Shown: positions 13,106 through 25,797, counted from the first letter of the whole stretch. The stretch is 57,867 nt of DNA, filler included, from Sluysia triapertura (GCA_046118255.1; 4 parts of 4 records of this genome joined end to end with filler, not necessarily neighbours in it); one strand, 5' to 3'. Numbers and translations are program-made. The notes: generated from the sequence alone by a model not told the origin.

Positions 13106-14974
13106 TTAATCTTCACTAATATCTATATTACTTTCTTCAGAACCATCAACTTCTATATCTTCGTCAGAATCATCCTCCTCATCAACTTCTAGATCTTCAT
13201 CTTCATCATCCTCTTCATCTTCATTACCTTCTTCGTCTTCATCTTCTATATCTTCGTCAAAATTTTCCATATCTTCATCTTCGTCAAACTAATATATATA
13301 AATTTAAAAATATTGTTTAAATACCTAATATTTATCCAATAAAAGTTAGCAAATTAAATAATAGAAATAACTGCACACTTATGTCTTGAACAACTAAAAT
13401 TATCAAAGATTTAAAATGTGTGATTTAAAATAAGTGATTTAAAAGATTTAAGATAAGTGTGCATTGCATTGTAATTTAATTTAAAATATATAGTTGAATA
13501 GAATTTAAAGTGAACAATAAACGTAAAATCAGTTATGAAGAATAAATAATCACAAAAATATGAAGCTGGAAAACCCAGTACAAATATCTACTGAATGGAA
13601 ATAAACAGAAAAAACATATCTATTATTAATATTTATAAAAAGATTGGGAGAATATAAAGAGATATAACTGTTGCAACTCATTATATCAGAAATGGAAAAT
13701 GAGACGAAACAATATTGAATTATAAATGTAAATCCCATGTTCATCCTCAAATAAAAGAGTTTCTTTATCCATTGTTGAAGTTAATAATAAAATTACTAGA
13801 TCCTTTGCCATAATTTTACCCAATAAAAAATAAACTACAATTATTCATATAATAATATGCACTGATATAATAAATCATATTCAAAACTTAAATCACTTAA
13901 TTATTGTAATAGATATGAATTTATTAACAATATATACAAAGTTAATACACAAGCAGTAATATTTAAACAATTGTTTAACGGTAATATAATAATTTAATAT
14001 GCATATTAAAATAATTTAAAAAAATTAAATTAAATAATTTGTACATCTAAGGAACTAGCATGTGGGAACAAGAAATGTCGAAAAAGGAAGAAAATATAAA
14101 ATGGAAAATTTAAAACTGTCAAAATTTATGACATTAAATCCATTAATTAATTTATAAAGTTCAAAAATTTCGCCGTTAAATTTAAAAATTCATAAAATCA
14201 TCGCTACATTAAAAAAATATAACGAAGAATACACCTAACATAGCCTAAAAAGTTATTCAATTTAATATTGAAGTTTTATTTTACTTTACATAATTATTAA
14301 TAATTAATACTTTGTTTTCTTCACCACTATTCTTGTTTTCTTTGTCATTCAAACAGTTATCAATTTCTTGATTATCCATATCAAATAATTCATCATTTTC
14401 AAGTTCTGATGATTCAACACTAGAATCTAATTATGTATAAAATTAATATAAAATTTTCACCATCAACATAAACACGTTCTGCTTTTAGATTAAGATCATC
14501 TTTAATAGCTGGTTTGTAAACTTCATTTAATCGTGCAACACGTAATTTTTCTTGAACTTGAAATGTACTTAATTTGGATATTTGGGCTTTAGTAGTTTCA
14601 TAAAATACTATTATTTCATTTAATCTTGACTACAAGCATAATTTTTAATTTATATATATACAAACTTGCAAGACAGGACTTGCCATAATGGCAAACCTTT
14701 TCTGTTCAATAAATTCGTTGAACCAAAGATAAGAATTCTTGTTAAATTTTTTCATGAAAATTATCAATATTTCTAAAAATCTGTGCAAATCATCATATGA
14801 TTCAATTTGTTGAATTGTTTTAGAGATGTCTGATGATTTCTTAAAGGAAAACAAAGTTTGAGCGCTGTTGTTGTTTAGTGCCAATGATTTTTTTAATAGT
14901 GCATTTAAATTATTTTCTGAATTCTTAACATGATATTACAAATGTATTGCATAATTTACCTGACTTTTTGTCAT
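13106..14974 (-). CDS. WDR43/UTP5-like protein (Utp12/Dip2 domain plus acidic tail), 246 aa
   Basis: Exons 14974-14960, 14923-14666, 14629-14461, 14426-14311 and 13288-13106 join through GT-AG introns (36, 36, 34, 1022 nt) into one open 741-nt frame: MTKSQNSENNLNALLKKSL...MASPVLQSRLNEIIVFYETTKAQISKLSTFQ...VYVDDSSVESSELENDE, then a D/E tail. Matches the WDR43 C-terminal pattern. Confidence 0.75.
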
Positions 14975-15280
14975 CTCTGGAGACGAATAAATAAAAATAT
15001 TTAAACAAAACTAAATTTAATGAAAATTCAGTTTAAGGAATAAATAAAATAATTAAAAAAAATTAAGTTGATACATTTATTAAACGTAAAATAATACTAT
15101 TTTTGCTTTATCTAGTTCAAATATCATTAGATACCTTATTTTGTTTAATCTTTATGATCATTAAAAATATAAAAAAACAAACTCAATCAAAAATAAAGTC
15201 TAATAAATTTATTTTATTAAGATAACATTTTTGCTTTATTTAGTTAAAATGTAAAGAATATATAAAAATTTCTAATTTTA

Positions 15281-16120
15281 CTAGTAATGTATTGTACTTT
15301 TACTTTTCATTATTTGTAACATAATCAATTTGCTGACACCTTCTCTTTCACCAAGAGCCACTAAAAGTCGTGAATCATTACTCAATATAACTTGATTAAT
15401 CTCAATATTTGACATAAAGGACGCTATTTCTTTAAGTGGATTTAATTCCCAGACTCTAATTGAACCATCCCAACTACCAGAAATTAGATAAGTATTATCA
15501 TTTGATAAAGCAATACTTGTAATCTAAAAATAAAAAGATGGATATTAAAATGTTAAGGCCTTACTGTATCAACATGACGATCTAAATGTTGTTGCAGCAT
15601 TTCAGTGTCCATTTTCCATAATCTTACATATCCATCTGATCCACCGGAAACCATAAAATCACATTGAATGTTTCCATCTACATCTTTACTTCGAGATTTA
15701 CTGACACACAAACAATTAACAAAGCCATTATGTGGCTTTTGTTGGAGTGGAATATGACTCTCTAAATTAGAAGAGACAAGAATTTGCCGAATAACTGCTA
15801 CATGTTCTAAATTCCAAACTAATAATTCGCCTTGATGAGTGCCTAAAAATTATTTTAATATATTTATTAAAATTACGAAATATTGGCTTTTAATTTTAAT
15901 ATTGCTTAAATATTTAGGATATTTGAATAATAAATTTTCGATAATAAATATAATACTTACTAAGCTTCAATTACTTATCTAAAATTTTATATAATACATA
16001 CTATTATTAATGTTATATACAACAGGTATATTAACACTACTGATTCCATAAACGATTGCAAAAGGTAGTAGTACTCCAGTAAATTGATTATTTTTGCTGG
16101 GTTTTTCTTAATATGAAAAC
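15281..16120 (-). CDS. WD40-repeat protein, 3' exons (possibly NWD/NACHT-WD type; 5' part not in contig)
   Basis: Exons 16120-16002 (tentative), 15842-15565 and 15523-15281 (41-nt intron between the last two). Reads HNGFVNCLCVS..FMVSGGSDGYVRLWK..RHVDTITSIALSNDNTYLISGSWDGSIRVWE; TAG at 15281-15283. Confidence 0.85.
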
Positions 16121-17659
16121 CTAACTTACAGCAAAATAAATTATTATTCTGATTCCGTTTACAGTATACGGCTTAATACGTGAAAACAAGTATTAAGATT
16201 AATCGTATAGAAATACTCTTTGCCTTAATTTAAACAATAATTTATGTCAACTAATACTAAATAACTTAAAAAATAATCAAGACGAACGCTGACTTATGGA
16301 ATATCTGAATTAATGTAAAAATCAAGTGAATAATATTTGTATAAAAACGGGTCGTGTCATATATCTTCAAATCTTAATATAATGACCGTTAGAACTTTTT
16401 AGTTTTTTATTAAAATTAAAATTAATTAATATTGGAATTAACGTATTTTCGACAAAAAATATATTTGAGTATAAATTGATCGTAAGGTAGCTATAAACTG
16501 AATATAAATTGCAACGTTAATATTAAGACAATTATAATAAAAACAAGACTTCAAAATTTTTTAATAATTTTATTACACAAAATTGAGAATAAAATAAAAA
16601 TTATTATAAACTTATAAAATTCAATAAAAAACGATTGTCAATAACACAAAAATTTTATAAATGATAAATTTATAATAGCAATAATAATTAAACTATAATA
16701 AGGGTGTAGCCAAGAGACTCTACCCTATAACACTGATTTTGTAATTTACCTTAGTGGCCAACTAAAGATTGGATATTTATATTTTAACTTGATTTTATGA
16801 TTGGCCTTAATGACCAACAGTGAAAAACAGTATTTTAAGTTGATATTTTAGCTCAATGAGAGTTTACACACTATGTAAATCAAACTTACGGATCAATTAA
16901 TAATAAAGACAATCTATCTCCAGCAATATCGTTTGAATTTGAATTGATCTGTTGAACTGCTACTGCTTGAAAAGTGCTGTCCTTCTTATCGAATAAGCGG
17001 AAATCGCACAATAACTTGAAGGATGGATTTGAAACCTTTGTATACGAATAGTTTAATAATAAATTTGGTGATGACGACCGGATGATGTCAAGAATACTTT
17101 TTTGTAGTAACTTTGTTTACCGAAATGACGAATTTCAAAATGGCGTAAAACAATTTTCTTTGTATATCTTAATTGTGTTTTGCTTTATTTTTGTATGTCT
17201 TTATATATGTACAAAGACATATTTTAACATTTGATTTACATAAACAAATTTGTTTCTAGAAGTTTCTTTTGAGCTATTTTTTAATTTATAATAATAATAA
17301 TAATTTTAATCTTATTATAATTAAATAATAATTTTTAAATAATACAATTTTAATAATTTTTTATAATATTTTCATAATTTTATTTTTACACAAAACCATA
17401 AAATAAAAAATATAAAAATAAGATTTTTTACACATTTACAGTATCGATAAATTCAATTTCTTCAGTTTAAATTCTTCAGCTCCGACTTATAATTAACCTT
17501 GCATTCTACTGTTTTTGGGGCGTTTTTTTATTTTCAGTAACATTAGTTAAACTGTTTTTTGTTAAGCATTAAATAATTAATTTTTAGAGTTTATATTTTG
17601 ACTGAGTAAAATTTTTATAATAGTAATACTATTAGCAGTAATTAATAATATAATTCATT

Positions 17660-17759
17660 NNNNNNNNNNNNNNNNNNNNNNNNNNNNNNNNNNNNNNNNN
17701 NNNTTAATTAATTAANNNNNNNNNNNNNNNNNNNNNNNNNNNNNNNNNNNNNNNNNNNN
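17660..17759. other. artificial contig linker N44-TTAATTAATTAA-N44
   Basis: Exactly 100 bp with a 12-mer giving stops in all six frames; identical structure at 31574 and 43458. Confidence 0.97.
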
Positions 17760-18074
17760 AAATTTAGCTATATAATTAAATGTAGTATTTATGTATATAG
17801 AATATATGTGACAGAAATTTTAAATTCTATGTAATTAAATTAAATTTAGTGTATTACATGTGAATTCGAATATATGAAGTTAAATTAATAGATTTCGACA
17901 GAATAGAAATTTGGTATTACAATGAAATAAAATAATTTTGCTTGCATAATAAATCTTAGAAAAAGTGTTATTTATTGTGCATAAATTAATAGTGACTGAA
18001 TATATTTGAATTTAACAGAATTTTTGTTATAGTTTCATAAAAAATTGAGTTGAAATAATAAATAAATTTCTTAA

Positions 18075-18830
18075 CTAATTCATCATTAAAAATCTTAACA
18101 ATAAACAAGTCGAACATTTTTTAAATTCAAATACATTGTTTAAATGATAAACATTGAAACCGTCAACACACTTCACTTCATTTTCATTCCTGTCAGTGAA
18201 CTCCAGTTTGTATAACATAATTGACGAACTTATAACAAATAATATATTCAATTTCATACACTCTTTATCAATCCTTTCTTTTTTCAATTTAATTAAAATA
18301 GTTATGTTAATATTAATTGTAATAATGGTTGAAATTAATTAAATTAATGTTAACAAATATACGTAATGTTTGTTTGGAAATTCATTATTCACATAATTTA
18401 ACATATTGTATTTCTTTGTAATATAATCATAACCAGCATAATGAAGTTCAAAAAAAGTAAAATTACTCATAACTAATGAATAAGTAAAACACACCAACAA
18501 CAATAAACTAAATCCGGATTACGTTTTACTGAATTGACACTAAACGGATATTTCAATTCAAGTAAACATTTAAGCGAACAAATTATCATACTCATTACTA
18601 TCATATTATTCAGTGTTACATCAAACACTTCATATGATTTCAAATCGTTTAAATTTTCATAAACAAATGTACTATTTCCTTTCATCATTTTTGTTAAAGA
18701 AAATTTCACGAAAATATAATACCATATAGATGATAGCGTTTCACCTATATTGTTTATTGATAAATAATCTCTGAATTGGTTCTTTTTCAGTATGAACATT
18801 ACCACGACAGCAGATTAAGTAAAGTGACTA
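18075..18830 (-). pseudogene. CBP/p300-like bromodomain-end/RING/PHD remnant
   Basis: ENEVKCVDGFNVYH...FKKCSTCL resembles the PHD (FVDCKECGRKMH...FVCDNCL). Upstream, overlapping frames give LICCRGNVH (cf. TLCCYGKQL) and STFVYENLNDL..EVFDVTLNNM (cf. TSRVYKFCSKLAEVFEQEIDPVM); only one of these can be the true register. Confidence 0.45.
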
Positions 18831-19339
18831 ATAAAGCAAGTAGATAAATATTCATAGTATTGATTTTTTTAGCATATTTTAATTAATATTAATTTTTTAA
18901 TATATTTTCATAATTTCAGATATCGAAGCAACGGTGGTGATGGTAGTTGTATCTCGGTAGTAGTGGTAATGGTAGTAATATGTTTTTAATCAAATTTTAG
19001 GTACTGACTATTTTAAGTAGCAAAAATTTGATTAAAAGTAAAAAATAAAATATTAAAATAATAATATTGATAATAATAATAGTTTTTAATAAAGAAAATA
19101 AAAACAAATAATTTTAGAACGATAATACTGTTTTAGAATATGAAGATTGAGTAATAATTAAAGTAACCATAGTAAATGGAATAACTAATAATAAAATAAG
19201 AAACATAATGACACAGTAGGCTATAAAAATTCAAAATAGAACTTCAGTCCAAAATCAAGAAAATTCTTGCAAGAAAGCGGATGAGTTGATACTTATTGAA
19301 ATAAGTAATTCAAAAAGTACACCCGACAAGGAGACTTTC

Positions 19340-20852
19340 AAAGATTATCAGAAATAATATTAATATTATGCGGAATAAGACCATCAAACATAATAATTGC
19401 CTGTGATTGTAGTCATCCATAAATCGGAAGTAACTTTTCGTTAGTAGATATAGAGAATTGTCCCACAGCAACACCTACAGATTATTTAATTTGGAAAATG
19501 AGTTATTTCACATATATCAAGAAAGTGGATTAATATGTACGGATGCAGATACTTGTCTAGAAGTATTTCAAACAAGAAGATTAAAAATAAGCAGTGACCT
19601 ATTAGGTTATTATGATGAAGAATATTATCATCATTTCGTAGTCAGAAGCTACACATAAAGCGAATAAGAATTTTGTACTAAAGGAAATTACAATTTAGAT
19701 ATAATAATGTTTAAGAATGTAATAGGCACCGAATAAAATTAAAATCCTGGGTCGCAACTTTTGATTCATGCACTAGTCATATGATTCAAGTACCTGATTG
19801 TAAAACAGCATATGTAATCTGCGATACAGAAGAATATAATGTAGATAAATTCGAATTCCACTAACCAACTTAAAAACAACAATGTTTAATCAAACTAAAG
19901 GATTTATATGTGGAAAATTAGGTGCAACAGAAATTCCTGAAACAGAAAAAATGCATCAGACAGTTCCTGATCAACGAATTCTTATTATAATGACTACAAA
20001 ATCATCAGATGAAATAATATTCGTCGTAAAGTAAAATGTAACTAAATGTGCAGAAGAAGTAATCAGTAATAACTACCTTGGAATATTTGTTAAGAAAGGA
20101 CGACCTATAATAAACGCCAAAACATAAGACTATGTAATTATTTTAATAACAAAATTGGACTAACGCATTTATAGAAAATTTATCAATCACTTATTTATCG
20201 AGATTTACAATTAAATAAAGAAATCAGAAGAACTAAATTGGATGCGATGATTATCAACCCATTTATGGTAGCACCGATATTACTATTGAAAAATGGAGTG
20301 TTTGGAAAACTTATGGGAGAAGTGATGTACACTTATAAATGTAAACCAGTCACGGTAAAATTTCGCGATGGTTTAGAATGCACAAATGAATTACTTATAG
20401 AATATAAAAATGAAAAACGATATGTAGAACCTGTTGCAAAATAGTACCAAAATAAAATAAAGTTAAGATATTAGATTCTTCTGTACTAATGTCGCCATTA
20501 TACAAAGTACATGAAAATTACTTGATGGAGTTGAATCGCCATCAGCTTTCAGTTTAATTGAACTAAAAATTTGAATCAACTTTCAAACAGAAAACTACAT
20601 CTCAAAAAGTGACATGAATCAAATTTCCGACACAAAAAAGGCATGGAAAGACATACTAATACCAATCAAAAGAGAGATAATTTTAATTGAAATTGTTGAT
20701 GTAGCTTTACTAAAAGGTGCTAAAGCTCCTAAATATGAACTACTTTGATCAAGCGGCTAAATATATGTTATATAAAATATGGCGAAAATTTTCAGTAGTA
20801 GGAAAATTCCTCTCAGGATGTATTGGAGTCTACATCTTATCACAAGCCTAGT
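19340..20852 (+). pseudogene. chuvirus-like envelope glycoprotein fossil (endogenous viral element or retroelement env)
   Basis: N-terminal IIACDCSHP*IGSNFSLVDIENCP, central GVFGKLMGEVMYTYKCKPVTVKFRDGLECTNELLIEYKNEKRYVEPV and C-terminal KIWRKFSVVGKFLSGCIGVYIL occur in the order typical of chuviral G. Many stops and frameshifts. Confidence 0.78.
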
Positions 20853-20905
20853 CAACTTAACAGGTTGGACGTGAAGAATAAGTACAGGTTTCATTTCATC
20901 CGCAG

Positions 20906-21827
20906 TATGGTGGTTCAACATTTACCTAAAATTTTATCAACAATTATAACTTTAATGTTACACTTTAACCTTACATTTTATACAACACAAACCTCAACAA
21001 AACATATAACATTTAAACAACTCAATGTAAAAAAATTCATAAACTCTAAAATAATTTTCAAAACAATAAAATATTTAATGATGAAATTTTCGAGCAAAAT
21101 ATTTCCGGTCCAAATTCTGAATGTATAATTTTAATATAAGTTTTGTGCGTTATTTGCAGTTAACACTTCGAGTTTCGAACACTGTCAGAAAGAGTTCACA
21201 GTCTTCATCACACAATTTGGGTCACATTCCTTAACAAATTTAATAAAATTTTAGGTTATGGTTTTTATACCACCTTACCCCCATCTTTCTTACGCATAAG
21301 CTTTAGAAATAAAAAACAAATAACGATAAACAAAATTTAACGATAAACAAAGTAAGGTAATTCAACGCCAGAATTACCTAGGTTACAAACAAGTGTATAC
21401 TGAACCACATAAATCTTTTGCGCAAATTTGTAAAGAGAAGCCCCGGATTAAAAGTACGGCCAACATAATCCAGTTGGACTATCTAGACAATAATATTATT
21501 AATCGAACTAAATCAATTCATCAACATATTCCTATGACTCCTGCCAACAATAATCTTCAGTTCAAACAGACAATCCAATCTACCAGTTAAGAACAACATT
21601 AACAAAAATAGTCTTCAATTCAATCTTAAAAATTTAAAATTATACAAAATGAAACAAAAGAATCAAAATGAAATAACAAACTTTATAACCACACTAACGG
21701 GAAATAATCAGAATCTTAAATCTCAAAACAACAAAATTAAAGGAACGAAAATTAAACATAGAAACAACCAGGTAAAAGAAAATCAGATGTTAACGATTAC
21801 AGTAAACCTAACAATTTTAAAAACCTA
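20906..21827 (+). mobile_element. LTR (20906-21214) with PBS-like TGG and decayed gag-like sequence; interrupted by the 21828-24177 insertion
   Basis: TATGGTGGTTCAAC start, CA at 21213-21214, then ATT-TGGGTCAC. A/C-rich N/Q/K-rich ORF remnants follow, and similar composition resumes after 24182. Confidence 0.4.
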
Positions 21828-21899
21828 TGCAACATGCGCAGCATATTTGATTGTAATGTTATATGATTAAACGCAATTTTAAGTTTTAAATTTAAATTT

Positions 21900-23070
21900 A
21901 TGAATACTTTGTAATAATTATTGATCTCATTAATAAAATTATTTATCTTTGATTCAATAGCAAGTATACTAATTATAAATATGTCGTGATTAGACATTAA
22001 ATAAATTCTCAATTTTTCATTATATTGATAAAAATAAATATCAACAAAAAACTTTATTTTTCTAAAATTTATAACACTTAAACATGAACCTAAATTTTTA
22101 TCGAAGTTTATTGTTTTCAGAGTGTGCTTTGACAATTATTTTATTTCCATCCTAAATAATTGTAAATAAGATAAAGACAGAAATAATTAAACATTAATTA
22201 CTTCAATATTACGATCGTTCTTATGATGAATCGAATTTGCAGTCAATTCACTTATCAGATTGTGAATTCTTCCAAGATGACCGAATGAATTTGGGCCCAA
22301 GCCAAAATTGATTACCATATCTGGAACATCTCGCCTTGAATGTTGCGACATAAGGGCAAATAGCAGTTTTAAAACGACAAGAATAACTTTATGTTTGAAA
22401 TTTCATTATTCTACTGGATGGTGTTGATAATGTGACTATATTGTTCGTTTCAAGAGCATCTACGTCTATTATAAAATCGATATATCTTTCAAATATTTTC
22501 ATGATGTAGACCGAAATGTCCAGATTGTTACCAGTTATTGACGAAAAATAATGGAAGTTTTTGATTACAAACGTTTGGTACAGATACATTTGTTTAGGAG
22601 CATTGAGTTTTTTCGATATCACATTAAAGATACTAAAACTATTATACGAATTCGCACATCTTTCGAAAAAAAATATCGTTATTTGATTTTCTTTAACAGT
22701 TTCATGAACCTAACGAACCTCTTGGTTTTTTCCACACTTACGTGTTCCTTGTATGGCAAACTCAACATTTAATTCTTTATCCTTTAAAAGATTATTGACG
22801 TAAATTATATGTGAAAAAAATTGTGATTTCTCGATTTAATCTAATATCTAAATAGTAAAAATCATTTATTGTAATATGCAATGTTTGTTGACCGCAATTA
22901 CCGTACATTAAAGGAATTATTTTAAATATATCATCTGATCGACATATTTGATTATAATTTAACATCGATTGTTTGCTTTCTTTTCTTTTAGTTGAATTTT
23001 CTAAAAAATTTTGTGAAGCATTACCATAATTGATCATATTATTGTCCAACAGAAGTAAATGTTTTTTCAT
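21900..23070 (-). pseudogene. chimeric cargo: CBP/p300-like fragments flanking an Unkempt-type CCCH finger
   Basis: IPLMYGNCGQQTLHITINDFYY (cf. PQTLCCYGKQLCTIPRDAAYY); IKC*VCH; RFKTAICPYVATFKARCSRYG at 22376-22314, a paralog of 36822-36739; FFVDIYFYQYNEKLRIYL (cf. FFGMHVQEY..RRVYI). Confidence 0.5.
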
Positions 23071-23254
23071 TTCTTTATTTATGTCTAATTTTTAAATTTT
23101 CTAATTGTATTTGTGAAAATTTTAAAATGTCTATCTTTTAATTATCTATTTTTCTACTGATAAATCGATTAATAATGTTCTGTTTTTTGAGGTCGTGTTG
23201 ACTGACTAATAAACAATAATTATTATCTCACCTATATTATTTTTGATTTTTGTG

Positions 23255-23497
23255 TGCATTATAATATTACTGCTAAATTTTTGTACTTTGGTTGGCTGAC
23301 CAATAGTATAAATTGTTGCTTACTTGTATTAAGAGACGTCCATTGGTCGGTTGTTATTAACTACATATGTTATAATAATTTGATGTGAATGTATGTCATC
23401 GGTAGGCAATGAGTTAAACACATTGAATCATTCTAATTAAGTTGTCTACGATGGCAAGTATTTACATTCAATGTAGTTACCACATAATTATAATGCA
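23255..23497. promoter_or_regulatory. nested inverted repeat with CCAAT boxes and a GACGTC site within the LTR
   Basis: Arms TGCATTATAAT/ATTATAATGCA (23255/23487), TAACTACAT/ATGTAGTTA (23358/23471) and TGTCATCGGTAGGCAA/TTGTCTACGATGGCA (23394/23442). CCAAT near 23300, GACGTC near 23335, ATTGG near 23342. Confidence 0.6.
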
Positions 23498-25329
23498 GAC
23501 AGTCAATTATAAAGAATAACAATGATTATAAAAATGGGTGAAGTAAACATCATTTGCAAAAACACGAAATAAAACAAATCTTTTAGAAATTTCATGATCT
23601 GTCTATAAATTCTTTAATTTCTTAGCATAATATTAAAGTCTATGATCTTTGACAGACTATGAAGTTAGATGTTGAAATTGTGAACTTATGATGTTTGAAA
23701 TGTTTTCCGTTATTTTGAAGGTGTAGTTGTGATTTTGGTGTTATGAGATGATGAATTAAAATATCTTAAATGGAATTTAAATGTGTTATGATGATTTTAA
23801 AAGCTAAGGCTATTTTGGTATAATAATTTTGTACTTTAAGATGTATAAAAATGAGAATGATTCAAGTGGATATGAAGAAGTAAAATGTGGAAAGGTGAAT
23901 GGAAAGTTATGGAATGTGAATTTAATGTTATGTAATTTTGATGTTGTAGAGTATGAAGTGGAGATGTTTTGAGGAAGTTAGGATAAAGTTTTAGTGAAAG
24001 TGAAAGAGATAAAATGTAGGAAGGTTTTAACGTAGGAATAATTAAAATGTTATGGAGTGTAAATATGATATTATGAAATTTTATGTTTAGAAGTATTGAG
24101 AATTATAAGTGTCTTGAATATTGATTTTATTGTGTGTTATGAAGGTAAAACTTCAAATTAATGAGTTGGCCACCACAACCTATACTTACACAAATGACAA
24201 CAAATCCCAGTAAAAATTATCAGGAAACTAGATTAAACACTATCCAAAACAAGAAAATTTTCGATGATATTATTACTATAAATCGAAATGCATAACTTGC
24301 AGACAAAATTATCATATTAAAATCTCCCGTTCCGAAAAGGTTTATACTCCCGAACTAAACATGCTAATGTTTGTACCACATATAAGTCACTTAAAATTTA
24401 GCAATTACGATCAATGTTTCCTCCAACAAAGTATTAACTATGTGCAAATATTAAACGCACGACGAACATTTGTAGCAGTCTGAGCAAATTTTTAAAATTT
24501 ATAATATTTGGACATTGTAATTTGTTATTGTTAATCATAAATTCCTAATTATAAAACTCAGCTAAAAAACAATGAAACTACCACAAACTAAATTTATTTC
24601 ATTTTTTGGGATTATTTTCTCTTCCGTTCATGCAGTTTTTCCGGAATTTATATACTTCATCAATATCAACTTGATGTCCACTTGATAAATAAAACTTGAT
24701 TCGCATTAGTATGTCCAAATGGTCTATTTCAAGTCTGTGCGTGATATAGTTTTAATTATATTTATCAAACTGAAACCACGCTGAGCATAAACACTTGACG
24801 CTTACTAATTACTGATGAGTAACCTGTATCTTAACGTCGTCGCTTCATTATTCAAAATTACATTTGATTTAATTAAATAAATTAATTTTTTATCAGAAAT
24901 TTAAACAAATTTAGTGTTTTTAAACATATTTCTGGTAAACAAAGATAAATGTTTAAAAAATTTATTAATGATGAAGTGCTTCCTTTTTTAAGTAATAATT
25001 TAAAAGTAATTACTGAAATTTAAAATTTACAAATATTATTAAAGGGCTTTGCAATTTAATATTAATGTGTTTGCAAATTACTATAAAAATGAATATTTTT
25101 CAAAATAAATTAAATTTTTACAAAAAATAATATAAATATTTAAAAATATTTTAATTTAATTGAAAAATATTTATTAATTTGCAAAAATGTTAATATTTAA
25201 TAAAATTAATGTGAAAATAATGTGTCTGCTTTAATATTCTGCGCGGTAGCAGTTAATTGCGCCAGAGGGAACAATGATTACAATATATTATACAGAGCCC
25301 TAATTTTAATAAACCACAGTTGCTTAGTG

Positions 25330-25797
25330 GTACAGATGATGACTTCTTGGATGAGTCAGGTTCCGAAATACGTGGTTTTTCTCATCGAAGCCAAGTTCAA
25401 AACCAACTCCATCAAACGCCAAAATATTAAGTTCAATCAAACCCTAAGCACGAAAATCCAGTCATGCATTGTCTCAAAAACAGCATTCGGTGATATTATA
25501 CAAGTAATCATCCAACAGTACCGTCATAATGCTCAAAACGTGTTCCAAGACTATTTTAAGAGTCAAACTTTAATCACGTTGTCACCTTCAGAATTACTCA
25601 CAAATATACAAGTAGACCTTCAACGTTTTGGGTGTGACACCTACAGAACCATGACGTTCTTAAAAGCTACTTTTTACGTCATGCCACTTCTTGACAAGGC
25701 TATTCTTGCGGGTAGCCAAATCGACAAAATAGAAGATTTAGCTCACCTTGCTGACAAAATAATATTACAGTGGAGTACAACCATGTACAGTCATTAA
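25330..25797 (+). mobile_element. Gypsy gag remnant (DUF7041-type)
   Basis: (W)F.LIEAKFKTNSIKRQNIKF and LSPSELL...LKATFYVMP...ILAGSQIDKIEDLAHLADKII match the WFxxxEAxF..I..Q..KF and PSxLL...LAxxADKI gag motifs. Confidence 0.75.

Larger units (their letters stand above)
21828..24177 (-). mobile_element. giant solo LTR (2350 bp) with host-gene cargo
   Basis: TG...CA termini flanked by ACCTA at 21823-21827 and 24178-24182. Its 5' ~1 kb is clearly homologous to the Gypsy 3' LTR starting at 38951 (TGTGGTGGCCA vs TGTGGTGACCA, plus long aligned blocks). Confidence 0.72.

Noticed and set aside
11660-13760. hAT BED-like (KTCGSSTNL, ~11661) and dimerisation-like (IPCSSSNKR, ~13732) peptides
   Set aside because: Too short to support a call, and separated by an exon of the WDR43-like gene.
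15961-16001. 23-nt intron plus 18-nt micro-exon in the WD40 gene
   Set aside because: Including the micro-exon introduces an in-frame TAA; direct splicing of 16002 to 15842 stays open.
24765-24830. Hammerhead ribozyme cores (CTGATGA here, at 10266 and on the minus strand at ~55142)
   Set aside because: No correctly placed GAAA with pairing stems II and III.
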